A DNA stretch of 64,000 bases. Source: Sphagnum compactum. Taxonomy: Eukaryota. Both the position numbers and the translations under genes were made by a program. Numbering within the stretch: position 1 is the first letter of the stretch; the number at the start of each line of letters is the position of its first letter. Positions 34,427-46,345 of the stretch are shown here, piece after piece. Where the stretch lies: contig OZ234493.1 of assembly GCA_965153455.1 (NCBI GenBank), positions 9,662,213 to 9,726,212 of the forward strand. Reading direction: 5' to 3'. The notes below the pieces were generated by a model that saw only the letters and a program-made list of their open reading frames with translations, did no database searches and was not told the DNA's origin.

Positions 34427-37400
34427 ATGAGATGATTTTTGTTATGCAAGGGGGAGCACATGAACGGTACTTTAAATGTTTGGTTATGGGAAAAAAATGG
34501 TTCAATTTTACATTGGCCCCAAGTTTGGGGTGGGAACGAATGTTTGGTGATAGGCAATTTAATTGCACACTAAATTGAACATAACTAGTTTGGTGATGGG
34601 GTGCAAAGGTCATGTTAAATATAGCACGCGACTGCCCATAAACAGGATTAAGGCTTACAAGAATCCAATGAAAGAATATAAGGTACACATTAATAAGGAA
34701 AGAGCTTCCAATTTCCCCCCAAATTCAAGCACATCCCATTCCCACCAAAAGTAACTTGCTCACCAACACAAGGCTATAATGCAAGGTTTGGATTCACAAT
34801 CCTATCTTTCAAATTCACAAGCAAAACTCTACAAGCATGTTAGAGCTTCCAAATTGTGAGAAAGATAGTTTGAAATCTTTCATCAACATTTTGAAATCAT
34901 GTGGGTTAGACTAGCAAAGGCCAAGTAACATAGGAATTGTAAAGAGTGTTAGATCAAAAACACAAGTCCTAGCATATCAACTAGAGCAAAGAGGTCATTT
35001 TATAGTAGCCAAAGAAAAGCTACAAGCATTAGAAGTAGATCAGCAAAATCTTGACATTACAATAGCCAAAGAGGACACATTGCATTCCTATGTTGGTTTA
35101 TAATCCTAAGTTTTGTATTTTCCATACTGAATTTATCAATGTGTGTTGAATGACTACATATTGATCTTATATCATGTATATTATCCATTCATGGCCTTTA
35201 CCACAAAAAAAAAGAATATTTTTTATTAAATCCACATCATCAAAATTCATAAATTTTAAGGCCAAAAACACATTTGAACCATGTGCTAAATGTGTTGTAA
35301 AAATGTATTTTGCCAATTTCAATTGCTTTTGCTCTTTTAGTTATCAATGTAAAGATTACCTTCAATTTTGAGAAGGAATAATGCTCATTTGATGAAGAAA
35401 AAATTATTTGAAAAAAAGGAAGGATTGTCCATTCAAGAAGTTAAAATGTTATAAACATACAAAAGGACTTCTAATTTGTATCAAATTCTGAGCATTGAAA
35501 CTTTGCAAGTAATGGAGCCTATTCCAAAAAATATATTGACAATCCAAACTATTATATTTAAAATTTTTCAAAAACAAAAATATAATTTAAAAAAGTGTTC
35601 ACTCAATTAAGTGGTTCCTTTAGATGGGCTTTCACCCATTTGTACTCAAGGATGAATAAAAAACTTTGATTTTTTTCATTCTAACATGCAATATGTGCAT
35701 GATCCCATTAGGTTTGGCCTTTAAAAACTATCCCGATACTTTCAAAATGTGGAATTGTTTTCATTTTTAATTACATGAATAAAAAATTGCATACATATTT
35801 TTTACCTCAAATATGGGTATGACTATATGTGATAAGGCTTATTCAGACCCTACCCATCTACCAAAAACCACAATTTCTATACACCCAAACCCTACCCTAT
35901 TGGAAAAGTTGCAATGTTATTTACTCTTACTTACGGGTAAACTAATTGAAAAATAATAATACCCTTACACAAACATATATCAAAAACAATAGAGCTACAC
36001 AACACTAGTTTTACCCCAAGTATCCACATTTTTTAGTCATGGTTATGTTGGTCCAAGGTTCATTGAGTGAGCAATTGTCTGTGACATTTGTAGCTAATAC
36101 AAAAGTTCCAAATTAAATAATTTGTGGAGGTTAGGGATTGAGTTTTAGACTTTAAAAATTATAGTAAAAAATAACCTTTTTGCATTGGTGACCATGTAAA
36201 GTTGTAAAGTGCTGACTCACTTTTCAATCTCACAACAATAATTTTTATTGAGTTCATTTTAAAAAAAAATTATGGCAAATAATATAGCTCATAAATTATC
36301 AATTGGAAATTAGTTTTAAATTAAATACTTGATTATGAATATATTGTAACAAAATTTTCATCAAGCCCACCATTCAAGGAACTTTTTAAATACCCTTCTA
36401 AATATTAATTGTGAATGAAATGTCAACAATGATGATTGGACTTAATTTAATATGAATGAAATTTGGACATTCACGGATGAATTCCATTCATGAATTTCCA
36501 TAAACAACAAACTTAAATTATATGAAATATAATTTTTCCTATGAGCAACTAAATATTTTGATATATGGTTAATGGCCTTAGGCATTGAGATTGTTGCTAG
36601 ATGTCATTTGTGATAGAATGTTATTGATATCATTGGAGAAAACTCACAAGCGATTATAAGTCATGTTGAACTTTCACATGCCCAAAACAAAGTTGTTTTT
36701 CCAATATGATAAGATAACTATTTGGCACACAAAGTGTTCCCAAAAGTCACTTGCATTTGGAGCACAATTTCAAAGAGCAGATCAGTCCACATTGAAAAAG
36801 TGATGAGATTGAAAAGCTTTTGGCCACAACCATAAGAAAATGGTTTGCATGCCCAAATATGGTGCATTTCTTGTGACTTCAATGGTGGTCTTGTGATGCA
36901 CCTTTGGTTTAATATTGGTGGCAATTCCTCAAATGGGAGAAAGCAAAATTTTCAAAAGCTGGGACACACTCCTTAAGTATTGTCTAGGACAAGAGAAGAG
37001 AACTTTGCAGTAACTAGGATAAGATAATGCGTTTTATAAAGAGAGCACTTAGTGCAATTTCGAGCCAAAGCTAATTTTGACATTCACCACAAACTCACAA
37101 GGATTCATCACAACTTGGACCCTTTTGTGATGAACTAACCCCCTCATGATATACTTTGTAATTAGCAATGAGCCCTGCAGCAAAATGACAATCCCCAAAA
37201 TTAGCAATGACCTTCTCCTGAAATTGGTACAATTCCCAAATTTTTAAATCTTCATAATTCAAGGAACTTAATGCTTACAACCGTTTAAACCCTTCTTTTT
37301 TAACCCTCATCAAGAGGGTTTTCTAAATCATCCCAAACTTGTGAATTTAACACAATTTGCTCTTCCAAATTGTCTTTGAATAGCCAAAACTCTTTTGGGC

Positions 37401-39387
37401 AATTTGTGTCTCAACATTTCAAAGAAATCTTGCACTTTTGTATATATATTTTGGTGCAACTAAGTTGGCAGTGAATATAAAACTTTGTATCATATGTACT
37501 CTTGTTGGAATGCGGATTAAGGGATTTGGAGAACAAAACCTACCCATCCATCACAAATAAACTTCAGTAAAATCATGAATCACATAATCAAAGAAATTAA
37601 AGTTTGTTGTAGAGAAGCTCAACAAAATTACTCTTGAAGGAACCTAGAAATTTCAATGGTATTTATCAATCCTTGAATGACCACACCTCTCCAGACCTCC
37701 ATTTGCAACTGGGTCTCCCTGTTTAGACGAATCACATTGACACTAGATGGTCTATGGCTCCTTTGCAGACTAGCTTGCAGCTTACAACTAAAGCAAGACT
37801 TGCAGGGATGCAGTGATGATTGCTGGACTGCTATTTGTCATCTTAAACTGACAAGAGATTGACTTGACTTGCAATCAGACAATGCCAATCACTTTTCACT
37901 TGCACATGTGAACAGATATATATATGGAGACAGTTGGAGGGCCTGGGTTTGGTGATGTGCTTCACTAGGTGATGCACCATGGGTGGGGATGTCAGGACAA
38001 TGAAGAATGGTATTCTTTTGCTGGTCTTACTACAGCAGGAGTATACATCTGTTTTACTTCCCGGGACTACCAAAAACTGCAGATGACTTTGTTGAGATAA
38101 TCACAAAAGACATGCACTTTGCTACATTGTAACTGACTGAGCCTACACATCACACCACTTACACTACACGTCTAGAGAGAATTTTCAAACTAATTGCACA
38201 AGAAAGTTGTTGTGCTTTGGCATCCACAAAAATTGTCCTGGTTCTGTGGCTAAAATCACATATGGATTGTGAATGTTGTTTACAGTTAAAGAAGGGCCAT
38301 TCATCTCCACATAATGGTATTCACCTGTGAGTAGACAGATGCTTCCTGAAGAAAGGATACAAGAAAGGATGGCGTCTACAGAAGATTCAGGTGGTAAGGA
38401 TGTAATCTGCTTGGAGCAAGACTTTCAATTGGTTGTCTTACTTAATATATTCACCCTGGGCACCATTGCACAGACCCATTCTTCACTCAACTTTTCACTT
38501 ACAAATTCAATTGTTTGTTGTTTTACTCAATATCTTCACCCTGAGCAACATTGTACACCCATTTCTTCAGTCAATTTTTGACTGGGATTTGTGGCTCTAA
38601 GTTGAAAGCAAGAGGAGGAATAATTGATACTTTGTTCAGTCTTATCATCAAAGAACAGATGGATATTAGACTGAATTTGAAACATAGAATTTTCTTTAGT
38701 TCTGGCAATTGGGTTGTCCATATCTTGGTAATTGTATGAAAGAACCTTGTGGCATGGCACTTGTCTCTGCAGAGCTTTAAGGATGTGGGCCTTGTGTCTG
38801 ACAATATTTTGACAATTTCTGCTGACTGTGAGTGGTGATAGACCATGCATTTTGTGTTATTCTATCAGAGCAAATGTGTAGCATAAATCCATTTCCATGG
38901 TCTTTGCAAATGAGATGTCAGAAGGAATACTTTGATTACCTCCTAGAAAACAGTGCAATTATATGTTTCACCCAAGAGAAAAAGTAGGTAATTGATTCCG
39001 AAAAATGGAAACTATATACAATTCCTGCAGCTCCTCCACTAATTGAGGACCCAGTAAATTAATTCCGCCAATGCAATTTATATCTCACTCTCTCCGTGTA
39101 GATCAGGAAGTTGAAGTCCTGAGTAATTGATACCATAACCCTTAACACTATGGATCTGTCTACAATCAAACAGTCACAACAATGGCATGCCAAACTCAAG
39201 AATTTGGGAAAGAATCGAGTGTGTCACCTTTCCTTGATTGAGCTTATACCTATACAAAGGAGACCTGCAAGTGGAATGGAGGATCACTCTGATGCCTACT
39301 GAGGTGTAACTATATAGTGTGGGAAAGACCTGGATTTTTGTAAGGTTTGGTGTGAAATACCTGGGGAAATGATGGTGAAATAGGAAA

Positions 39388-40170
39388 CTAGACAGGAACT
39401 GCTCCTGTCAAAGATCCAAGTTGTGATTCGTGCCAGTTCAAACCATCGGCACGACACAGGCCGCGTGAACGACTAGACTCTTTCTCCACGTCTCTTGCCA
39501 ATGACAAACGTTTCCTATTTTCGGACAAGGCCAGATCGCGTTGCAGATTCTCCGCTTGCAATTTCACCTTTTCTAGCTCGTGAGTGGCGTCGTGGAGTCG
39601 CGTCGCCATAGCGTCGCAATCATGTCTAGATTTCGAAAGCTGGCCAGCGAGATCCATCGTCTCCAACTCCTTCAAACTCTGCCGTTTCTGACGCAATGAC
39701 TCGAGCTCCGAGCGAGCAGAAGCCAGCTCCATTTCTCTCGCCGCCAAGGAGGAAGACAGGGAAGAAAGCTGATAGTTGAAGAAACGGTTCTGCTCAAGAG
39801 TTTCGGCCTCCAGATCTCCGAGCTGTGCACACAATCTCTCTTCCGCTTCTTCCAACACCTGCTGCGAAGAAAGCAATCTCTCTATTTCTCGTTCATGCCG
39901 GAGTTCCATCTCTGCCAAATCTCTTTGGTGCTGGATTTGCAACTCCATTAACTGTTGCTGTAGTCCTCCCTCTCTATCCAGGCCCTGCTGCACCTCTTTC
40001 TGTAGGTGCAAACTCCGGGATGTGGCCTCCGCAAGCGTGGTCCTATCAAATTTCCAGGCCTCCATTGCTGAGGCAAGGCGTTGCTGCAGGGAGGCTATGG
40101 TAGCATCCTTGGCCTGAGATGCCCGTATCATGGCATCAATCTTCCCCTTCAAGACCGATGCGCTTTCCAT
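39388..40170 (-). CDS. Uncharacterised coiled-coil protein (260 aa, single coding exon)
   Basis: GC-rich 783-nt ORF. The first ATG (40170) follows an in-frame TGA. The sequence is E/L/Q/R-rich with heptad-like runs (LQQQLMELQIQHQRDLAEMELRHEREIERLL; LAAREMELASARSELESL). A 5' acceptor lies at ~40336 and GC-rich promoter-like DNA at ~40600-40800. The family was not recognised. Confidence 0.7.
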   Translation of the reverse strand: MESASVLKGKIDAMIRASQAKDATIASLQQRLASAMEAWKFDRTTLAEATSRSLHLQKEVQQGLDREGGLQQQLMELQIQHQRDLAEMELRHEREIERLLSSQQVLEEAEERLCAQLGDLEAETLEQNRFFNYQLSSLSSSLAAREMELASARSELESLRQKRQSLKELETMDLAGQLSKSRHDCDAMATRLHDATHELEKVKLQAENLQRDLALSENRKRLSLARDVEKESSRSRGLCRADGLNWHESQLGSLTGAVPV

Positions 40171-41244
40171 TATCCTTGCCACAGACCACCACCTAAATGT
40201 ATCGAGCAAAATTTCCCTCGAAATTTCGAAATGTGGGCCGAATTTAAATCACCTCAAAATTGTCACAGCAACAAACTCACAGCACGAAATTGGAGACTCT
40301 AGAGTATCCTCTAGAGTATCCTCCAGTCTCTAAATCTGCAGTCACAAGTATCAATCGATTCAAACACAGATCCCCGGAAACATGAAGCACACAAGTTACT
40401 GCTGAATAGACAACACACAATACACAACAACAAGTTCTGACACAAATGTCGCAACAACAACAACAAATGCAGTTACAGTCACAGATCTCACAACACCCTC
40501 ATCAATCACAGTTCAAAAGAGCAACGCAAGAGCCTGAGAAATACAATTCTTGACGGGCGCCACATCAAGGATATATAGAATGTGTGAGCGACGGAAGCAG
40601 CAGTGGTAGTAAGCGGAGACACGGCAGAACACGGCAGAATAAGACAAAGAAAGACGACACGACACGACGACACGAGAGGTGGAAGCGGGCGTCGAGGAGC
40701 GCAAGCGAGGGCGGAATCGCGGGCACGGGAGGGAAGCGTGGGCGCGGGGCGGCCTTGGGAGACCAAGAAGGGGCCCAGGTGCAGTGTACCACAGGTGGGG
40801 GACCCGCTCCAAGTAGCACCGGTTGCTTACACCCTTTTCTTTCCTGTTGTGAAGTTACTTGCTAAATACTGACGCCACTCCTGGTCGTGAATTTTTCTAG
40901 TGTTAATGTGCCAGTTTCCATGTTTGGCCTCCATGTGGCGGAAAATGGGTGTTCCTGGCCCACATTCCATGCTAACTGGTAACTACCAAATCTTTTGGGA
41001 ATTCTCCACAACAAATTATTACATATAGTAAAGGACGTCGGGATGAAAAATGAAGCTTCCCCTGAATTCGTCCCGTCGTCTCTCTGTCCAGTCGTCCATG
41101 CGAATCGACGCCCTGGAAGCTTTGAGGTTGTCGGCTGCACACCATCCCTGAGTCTGACAGTGTAACTTTCTGTCCACCAAGAATGGGAAGGAAATAAACC
41201 AGGAATGGCCCTCCATCCATGTCCCTATTTAGATAGGTCATTTT

Positions 41245-41454
41245 ACTGTAGTAATACCTTGTCAACTGCAACACATGTCTGTCCAATAAATAATTTTTGG
41301 AAATTTTCATTTCAAAAATTCAAATATTACTGACGATTCAATATTTTCCTTCACAAATTTTTTGCTCTTTGAACTTTATTTTGTGTGTGACAATTTCAAC
41401 ATTTCTGTAAATAATATACAAGTTACCATCAAAGCTGCCAAGCTGCTATGGTAC
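41245..41454. mobile_element. MITE copy (same family as 32528 and 33590)
   Basis: The right end tcaaagctgccaagctgctatggtaca matches 33758-33784. The left end ccttgtcaactgcaacacatg is its degenerate inverse. The internal gaaattttcatttcaaa is the reverse complement of the shared core. Confidence 0.65.
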
Positions 41455-44400
41455 ATATGCTACCCTATATGAAGTATTTTCCCCCTATTAAGCACAACAT
41501 CACATCATCGACCTCACAAAGGGGGTAAAACATTCCGCCACTTACCAAAAAATATCATTCATCCAATGTGGTTGTCTTTTGTCTTTTGTTGGTTTCCAAT
41601 GTGTTCTCACGATGCTCCCATCAAGTTCCCAAGGGGGAAGCCTATCTAAGCTTTTGACTTGAGATATGGCCAATGTTCCCAAACAATCAGGAAATCTATG
41701 AGACTTCCTCTTTTTAAAAATAAAATCAAAATTGTATATGTGTAACATCAAGAGGGGTTACAAGGGATAAAAGTTGTAAATACTAATAATGTGGCTTAGG
41801 GGAAGAAGGATGGATAAATATGGAAATAAATAATTCAGCTTATGGGCGCTTTCTAAACAACATTTGACTAAAGACATGGACTTGAATTCATGAACAATTT
41901 AATTAATTATATTGGGTTAGACATAATTGAAGATGAATTATGTGAACTTAACTAAATCTCAGAGGAAAAAGTTTCAAAAACTTGAGATTAGTTATAGAGT
42001 TATAATCTCTTGAAATGTGACACACCCCTTGGTTTTTTTTCATAATGAGCCGATCAAAATGGTCCACCATCAAAAAATATACAAATAAAAAGAACTTGGG
42101 AAACATCCCATTTGATTAAGAGAGAAGCAACAATGGATAGATACCCACGCATATGGGGGGCAAAAACAAATCCGGTAATAATTTATCCAATGCACAAGAC
42201 TCTTGTGAAAGAAACTCTTGTGGATCTCCCCCAAAGGATAACTTATTGGATAAGCTTACGATATGCTTTTTCGAAGGGGTGTTAACTTTGGTTCCAATAC
42301 ATGGTCTAAAATAGATTACGTTCCGACATGTCCATACTGTTGTTAAATCAAAAAACCACGCCAAGCCGCCGAGTTTTACTCCTACGGCAACGACGAGTCA
42401 ACCGGGGAGAGAGAGAGAGAGAGAAGGTCCCAAAGAAGATGGTCATAGAATTTACCTGAAGCAGCAGGCGAAGAAAGGAGGGAGCAAGGAAGGTGGCGAG
42501 GGGGGCTTTGCATGCATTTCCTAGGGAGGTGGGTAGGGACGTTGTGCATTGAACCTGGTCGATTTCTCCATACCAAGCGCGCTCCCTCCTTTGTCTTTTC
42601 TTCCGTGACGTGAGCCCACTCCCAAGTTTGGACTATTGTGGAAATGAAGGTCTTTTCTTTGTCTCTATCTTCCACCCCATCTCCTACCTCCTCACAATTC
42701 ATGGAGGGTTAGACCAAAACAGGTGATGAACACAGTTGAGAATAGAAATTCTGCTCGGCCAGTGAGTGAATGCAGCTCAGTTTTTCCTTCTTTTCGAAAG
42801 CTCCTATTGGATTTTTTGAAATTTGGTTCTCTCCAATGTATTCATTCCCCAATAGCCCCTCACTTTGTCCCAGATCCTACCTTTGCTCAATGTTGTCGTC
42901 TTTGGAACGCTATATAGCTGGGCCAATTAATTATTGAGACATGTTTCTATCTTTTTGGAACCTTTTTCAGGTGGGTCAATTATCATATGTTTATATTTTT
43001 GGATTGAACACTTCAAGGTGTCTCCAAGGTTTTAGAACTTTTTTTGGGGGGGGCGGTTATGGGTCAATCAGAGAGGTTCATTGCAAAAGACAATTCTAAA
43101 CTTGGAAGGCAGGCACCCCAAGCTTTTAGAATTTTTAAAAGTTGCACAATGGATGAATGTGTCATCTCATTTTTCATTTATTTATACAATTTCAAATTTT
43201 TCATCCATTGTGAAAATTTTCATTCATTATTATTAAAAAAGTGAATTATCAATTTTTCATTCAATTTGAAATCTTTTTCACAAATATTTCATCTGTGGTA
43301 CAACTTTTTAATTTTTAATTTTCATCATCATACAAATTTTCATCCATTATACAACCTTCCTCTATAATTTTTCATTTATTTTGTAATCTTATAAAAAATG
43401 TTAAGCATTTCATATAATTTGAATGTTAGTGCAAACTATGAAATTTCAGATGGCCCTTGAGTTTTAGCTACCACTATAGAGCCTTAAAGTTGCAGCTGTT
43501 GTGAACCTTGCCCTGCCTTGAAAGGGTTCACAATATTCACTCCACTACTATTTATTCATGAAGTCTGTTGCATATTCTGTAACGTGTGTTCAACTTCCTC
43601 AGCAGGTCTACAATAATATGTGTATGAAGCAATCAAAAATGATAATGCAACTATTTAAGTTGCCAAGTTAAAACCCAAGAATTATATTTTGTGGATTGTT
43701 GAAGTAAAGACCCATGCTTTCATTATCTTGCATGAAGCAACATTGAATTTCATTGACCACATATCCTGCTCCAAACACTCATAATCCTCATCAGTAAGAA
43801 GAGCAGCTGATGCCACATAACATGACCAGCTATGTAGCAACCATGTAGTGGTTTTCCACAGATTCAGCAAACCTCATTTATCCCTGAAAGGACAAGAGAG
43901 CTCTTTGAACCACGCACTACCACCGCCATGCAACCTGTGGTATCAGGAAAAGTGTCCCAAGCGCATGGAGGCCGGCGCAGCCACCCAAATACCCAACAGA
44001 CATGACAAATCCAACTATTTAGAAAACCGGGCTCCATCATGTTGTAGGCAACTGTAAGCTGAATTGTTTGGTCTAGAAGAATTGGAATTTAGTTGAAGAA
44101 TGGAAATTTTTTCACCATTGAGTGTGCAATTGTTGTAATTACAGGCACTCATCAGATTTTTAATTTTTTGAAATTTTCACTACCTTGCCATTTTTCATTG
44201 TTTTCAAATTTTGCAAGTTAAGTAGAATGCATTCATAAAGAGTGTGTTTGAAAAGGAAAAGGGTGGCGCATTTGGACATGGAATGAAAGAGAAATGAATG
44301 GTCAAAGTTGCATGTACAAGGGCCATTGTAACGAAAAGACAAGGACATAGTAAGTTTCTAATCCCCATTGTGTATGCATCAACTGACACAAGAAATCAAA

Positions 44401-45454
44401 TGGAAACATAAACCAAATTATTCCACACATTCATTCCACCAATCATGGAGTTATACAAGCTAAAAGAAGAACTAGTCCTAATCATGTACATAAGTTGGCT
44501 ATGGGTCTACAAGGATCAAAGCACTCTAATTTCACTCTCTTGAGCATCAACAGACCTAATTGGCAAATCAGAAGTTCTCCCTAACACCTAAAACAACACA
44601 ACATACATTGTTGAAACAAAAAATCCCAATGCAACACTCAAAGCACAACACAGGACACCTGCTTTGGAATGCCCAAACAGTAAATCTCGATGCAACACAA
44701 TGCCATCAACTTCTGGAGAAATGTGATGAAGCTCAAAAATGGTAAATGTAGGTCTCTAGTCTTCAGTAGACAAACGCCGGAAGTTTTACAAATGCAACCC
44801 TCTATTCCTAGATTATAATGCCTAAACAAAAGCCCAGACATAGAAATCAAAACATGCATTCAGAGGTCTCAATTTTCTAGGTAGTCTCATCCTTCAATCG
44901 ACAAGACCTAAACCACCCCAAAAGAATCCCCATACATATAGACTTATTTGACAAGATGGTCGCTCACAAAATCCCTAATGTTTTTCATCATTCCCTTGAT
45001 CATGGACCCATACTTGTGGTTCTGCAAGGTATTCTCCTAATAGGAACATGGTGCAGTGGAAAGAATAAGCATAACCTCAGCTTAGAAAACCCTTACAATG
45101 TCCACATTATTATGGGTACTCATCCCTTCCATAATCCAACATCAAAACATAAAAACTGATCACTATTCATGAAAACTAAAAATCCTAAAAACACTTAGCT
45201 CCCATTCAAGTTCCCCACGTCCTTGCTTCTTAAGCTCCACGACTGTCCTACCTTCATTCACGTCCAAACAAAAAATCCTCAAAGCCACAATGCACCACAC
45301 AAAACTCACCCAGAGTGAGCACTATAAAAAGCTCAAGCGTCATCAATCATAAACACCAACAAGTTCATAACCTACACAAGAAAAAACCATCACAAAAACA
45401 GAATCCAAACCTCCCACACACACCACTTCCCATCACCATCAACCGTCAAGATTT

Positions 45455-45720
45455 TGCCGTTTTTTCCCTTGTTCTCAAAGTGTTCCAAATGTGTTCCCCA
45501 AAATGTTCTCAATAGCACCTGGGTTTTATCCCATATGGTTTACCAAAGTATAACTCCCCTGTATATAAACTAAAAAGGGTAAAATGTAGGGATGCATATT
45601 TGTTTCTATTTTGCATCTGGGGGTCCAAAGAGGTGCTTCTATTAGGGTGCATGCCCAATGTTCCAAAAAACTTGCTGATGGGCCAATCAATATGGCTCCT
45701 TTAAAAGAAAAAAAGTTGAG
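45455..45720. repeat. Dispersed repeat family (related copies at ~59850-60100 inverted and ~25780-25900)
   Basis: gttctcaaagtgttcc...aatagcacctgggttttatcc is the reverse complement of ggataaaacccaggcactattgggaac...gaacactttgagaac. gcatgctgagcct.ctcattggctg is shared by ~25866 and ~60054. Confidence 0.7.
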
Positions 45721-46031
45721 AGTTTAGAACTAATGTTGGCTAAATTGTATGATGGATGATTATCACTAGGACTACCCAAAAAAAAAAAAAAAAACTGCAT
45801 GGCAGCACTAATAATATCAACTGAAGTAAAAGGAAAATGCAACAGTAAAATAAGAATTAGGAGAAAAACATAAAACATGTGAGTACAATTATGTTTATGC
45901 TACCCATCTGCTGCCATTGCTAGTGCCTTTTCACACCCCTATCATTATGAATATCCCTTTTGAGTGTTAAATATATTACATTTGTCATATTACTTATTTT
46001 CCCCAGAAAATTGTGTGCTAATTTCATGAAT

Positions 46032-46345
46032 CACTAGGGTAAACCAGCTGGTGACCGAACACTTAAGCCCTCAGGGCAGGCCGTATCCAAGGGGAGGGTT
46101 CTGTTATTTTTGGTGTCAAAACAAAAGTTGAACCCCTCCTCTTGGTGCATATGGTGCACTAAACTAGTAAAAAACAGAATAAAATTGAAAAAGTTACGGC
46201 CCCCCAAAGTAGAGAGTGTCAAGAACTCAGAAAATAAAACAAACCACCAAACACTACAAAGACAGGTTTCGAAACACCCAAACAAATCTTTGTATGTTGC
46301 TCTGTTGCTATTAGAGTTCCAAAATGGTTTGTAGAACTTCAACTA
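46032..46345. repeat. Dispersed repeat (related degenerate copy at ~52000-52430)
   Basis: Shared blocks ttgaaccc.tc.t.ttgg.gcat, aattgaaaa.t.a.ggc.ccccaaa, aacacccaa.caa...tatgttg.t.t.ttg.tat.agagttc.aa.atg.t...tagaacttca. The first copy begins CACTAG. Confidence 0.7.
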
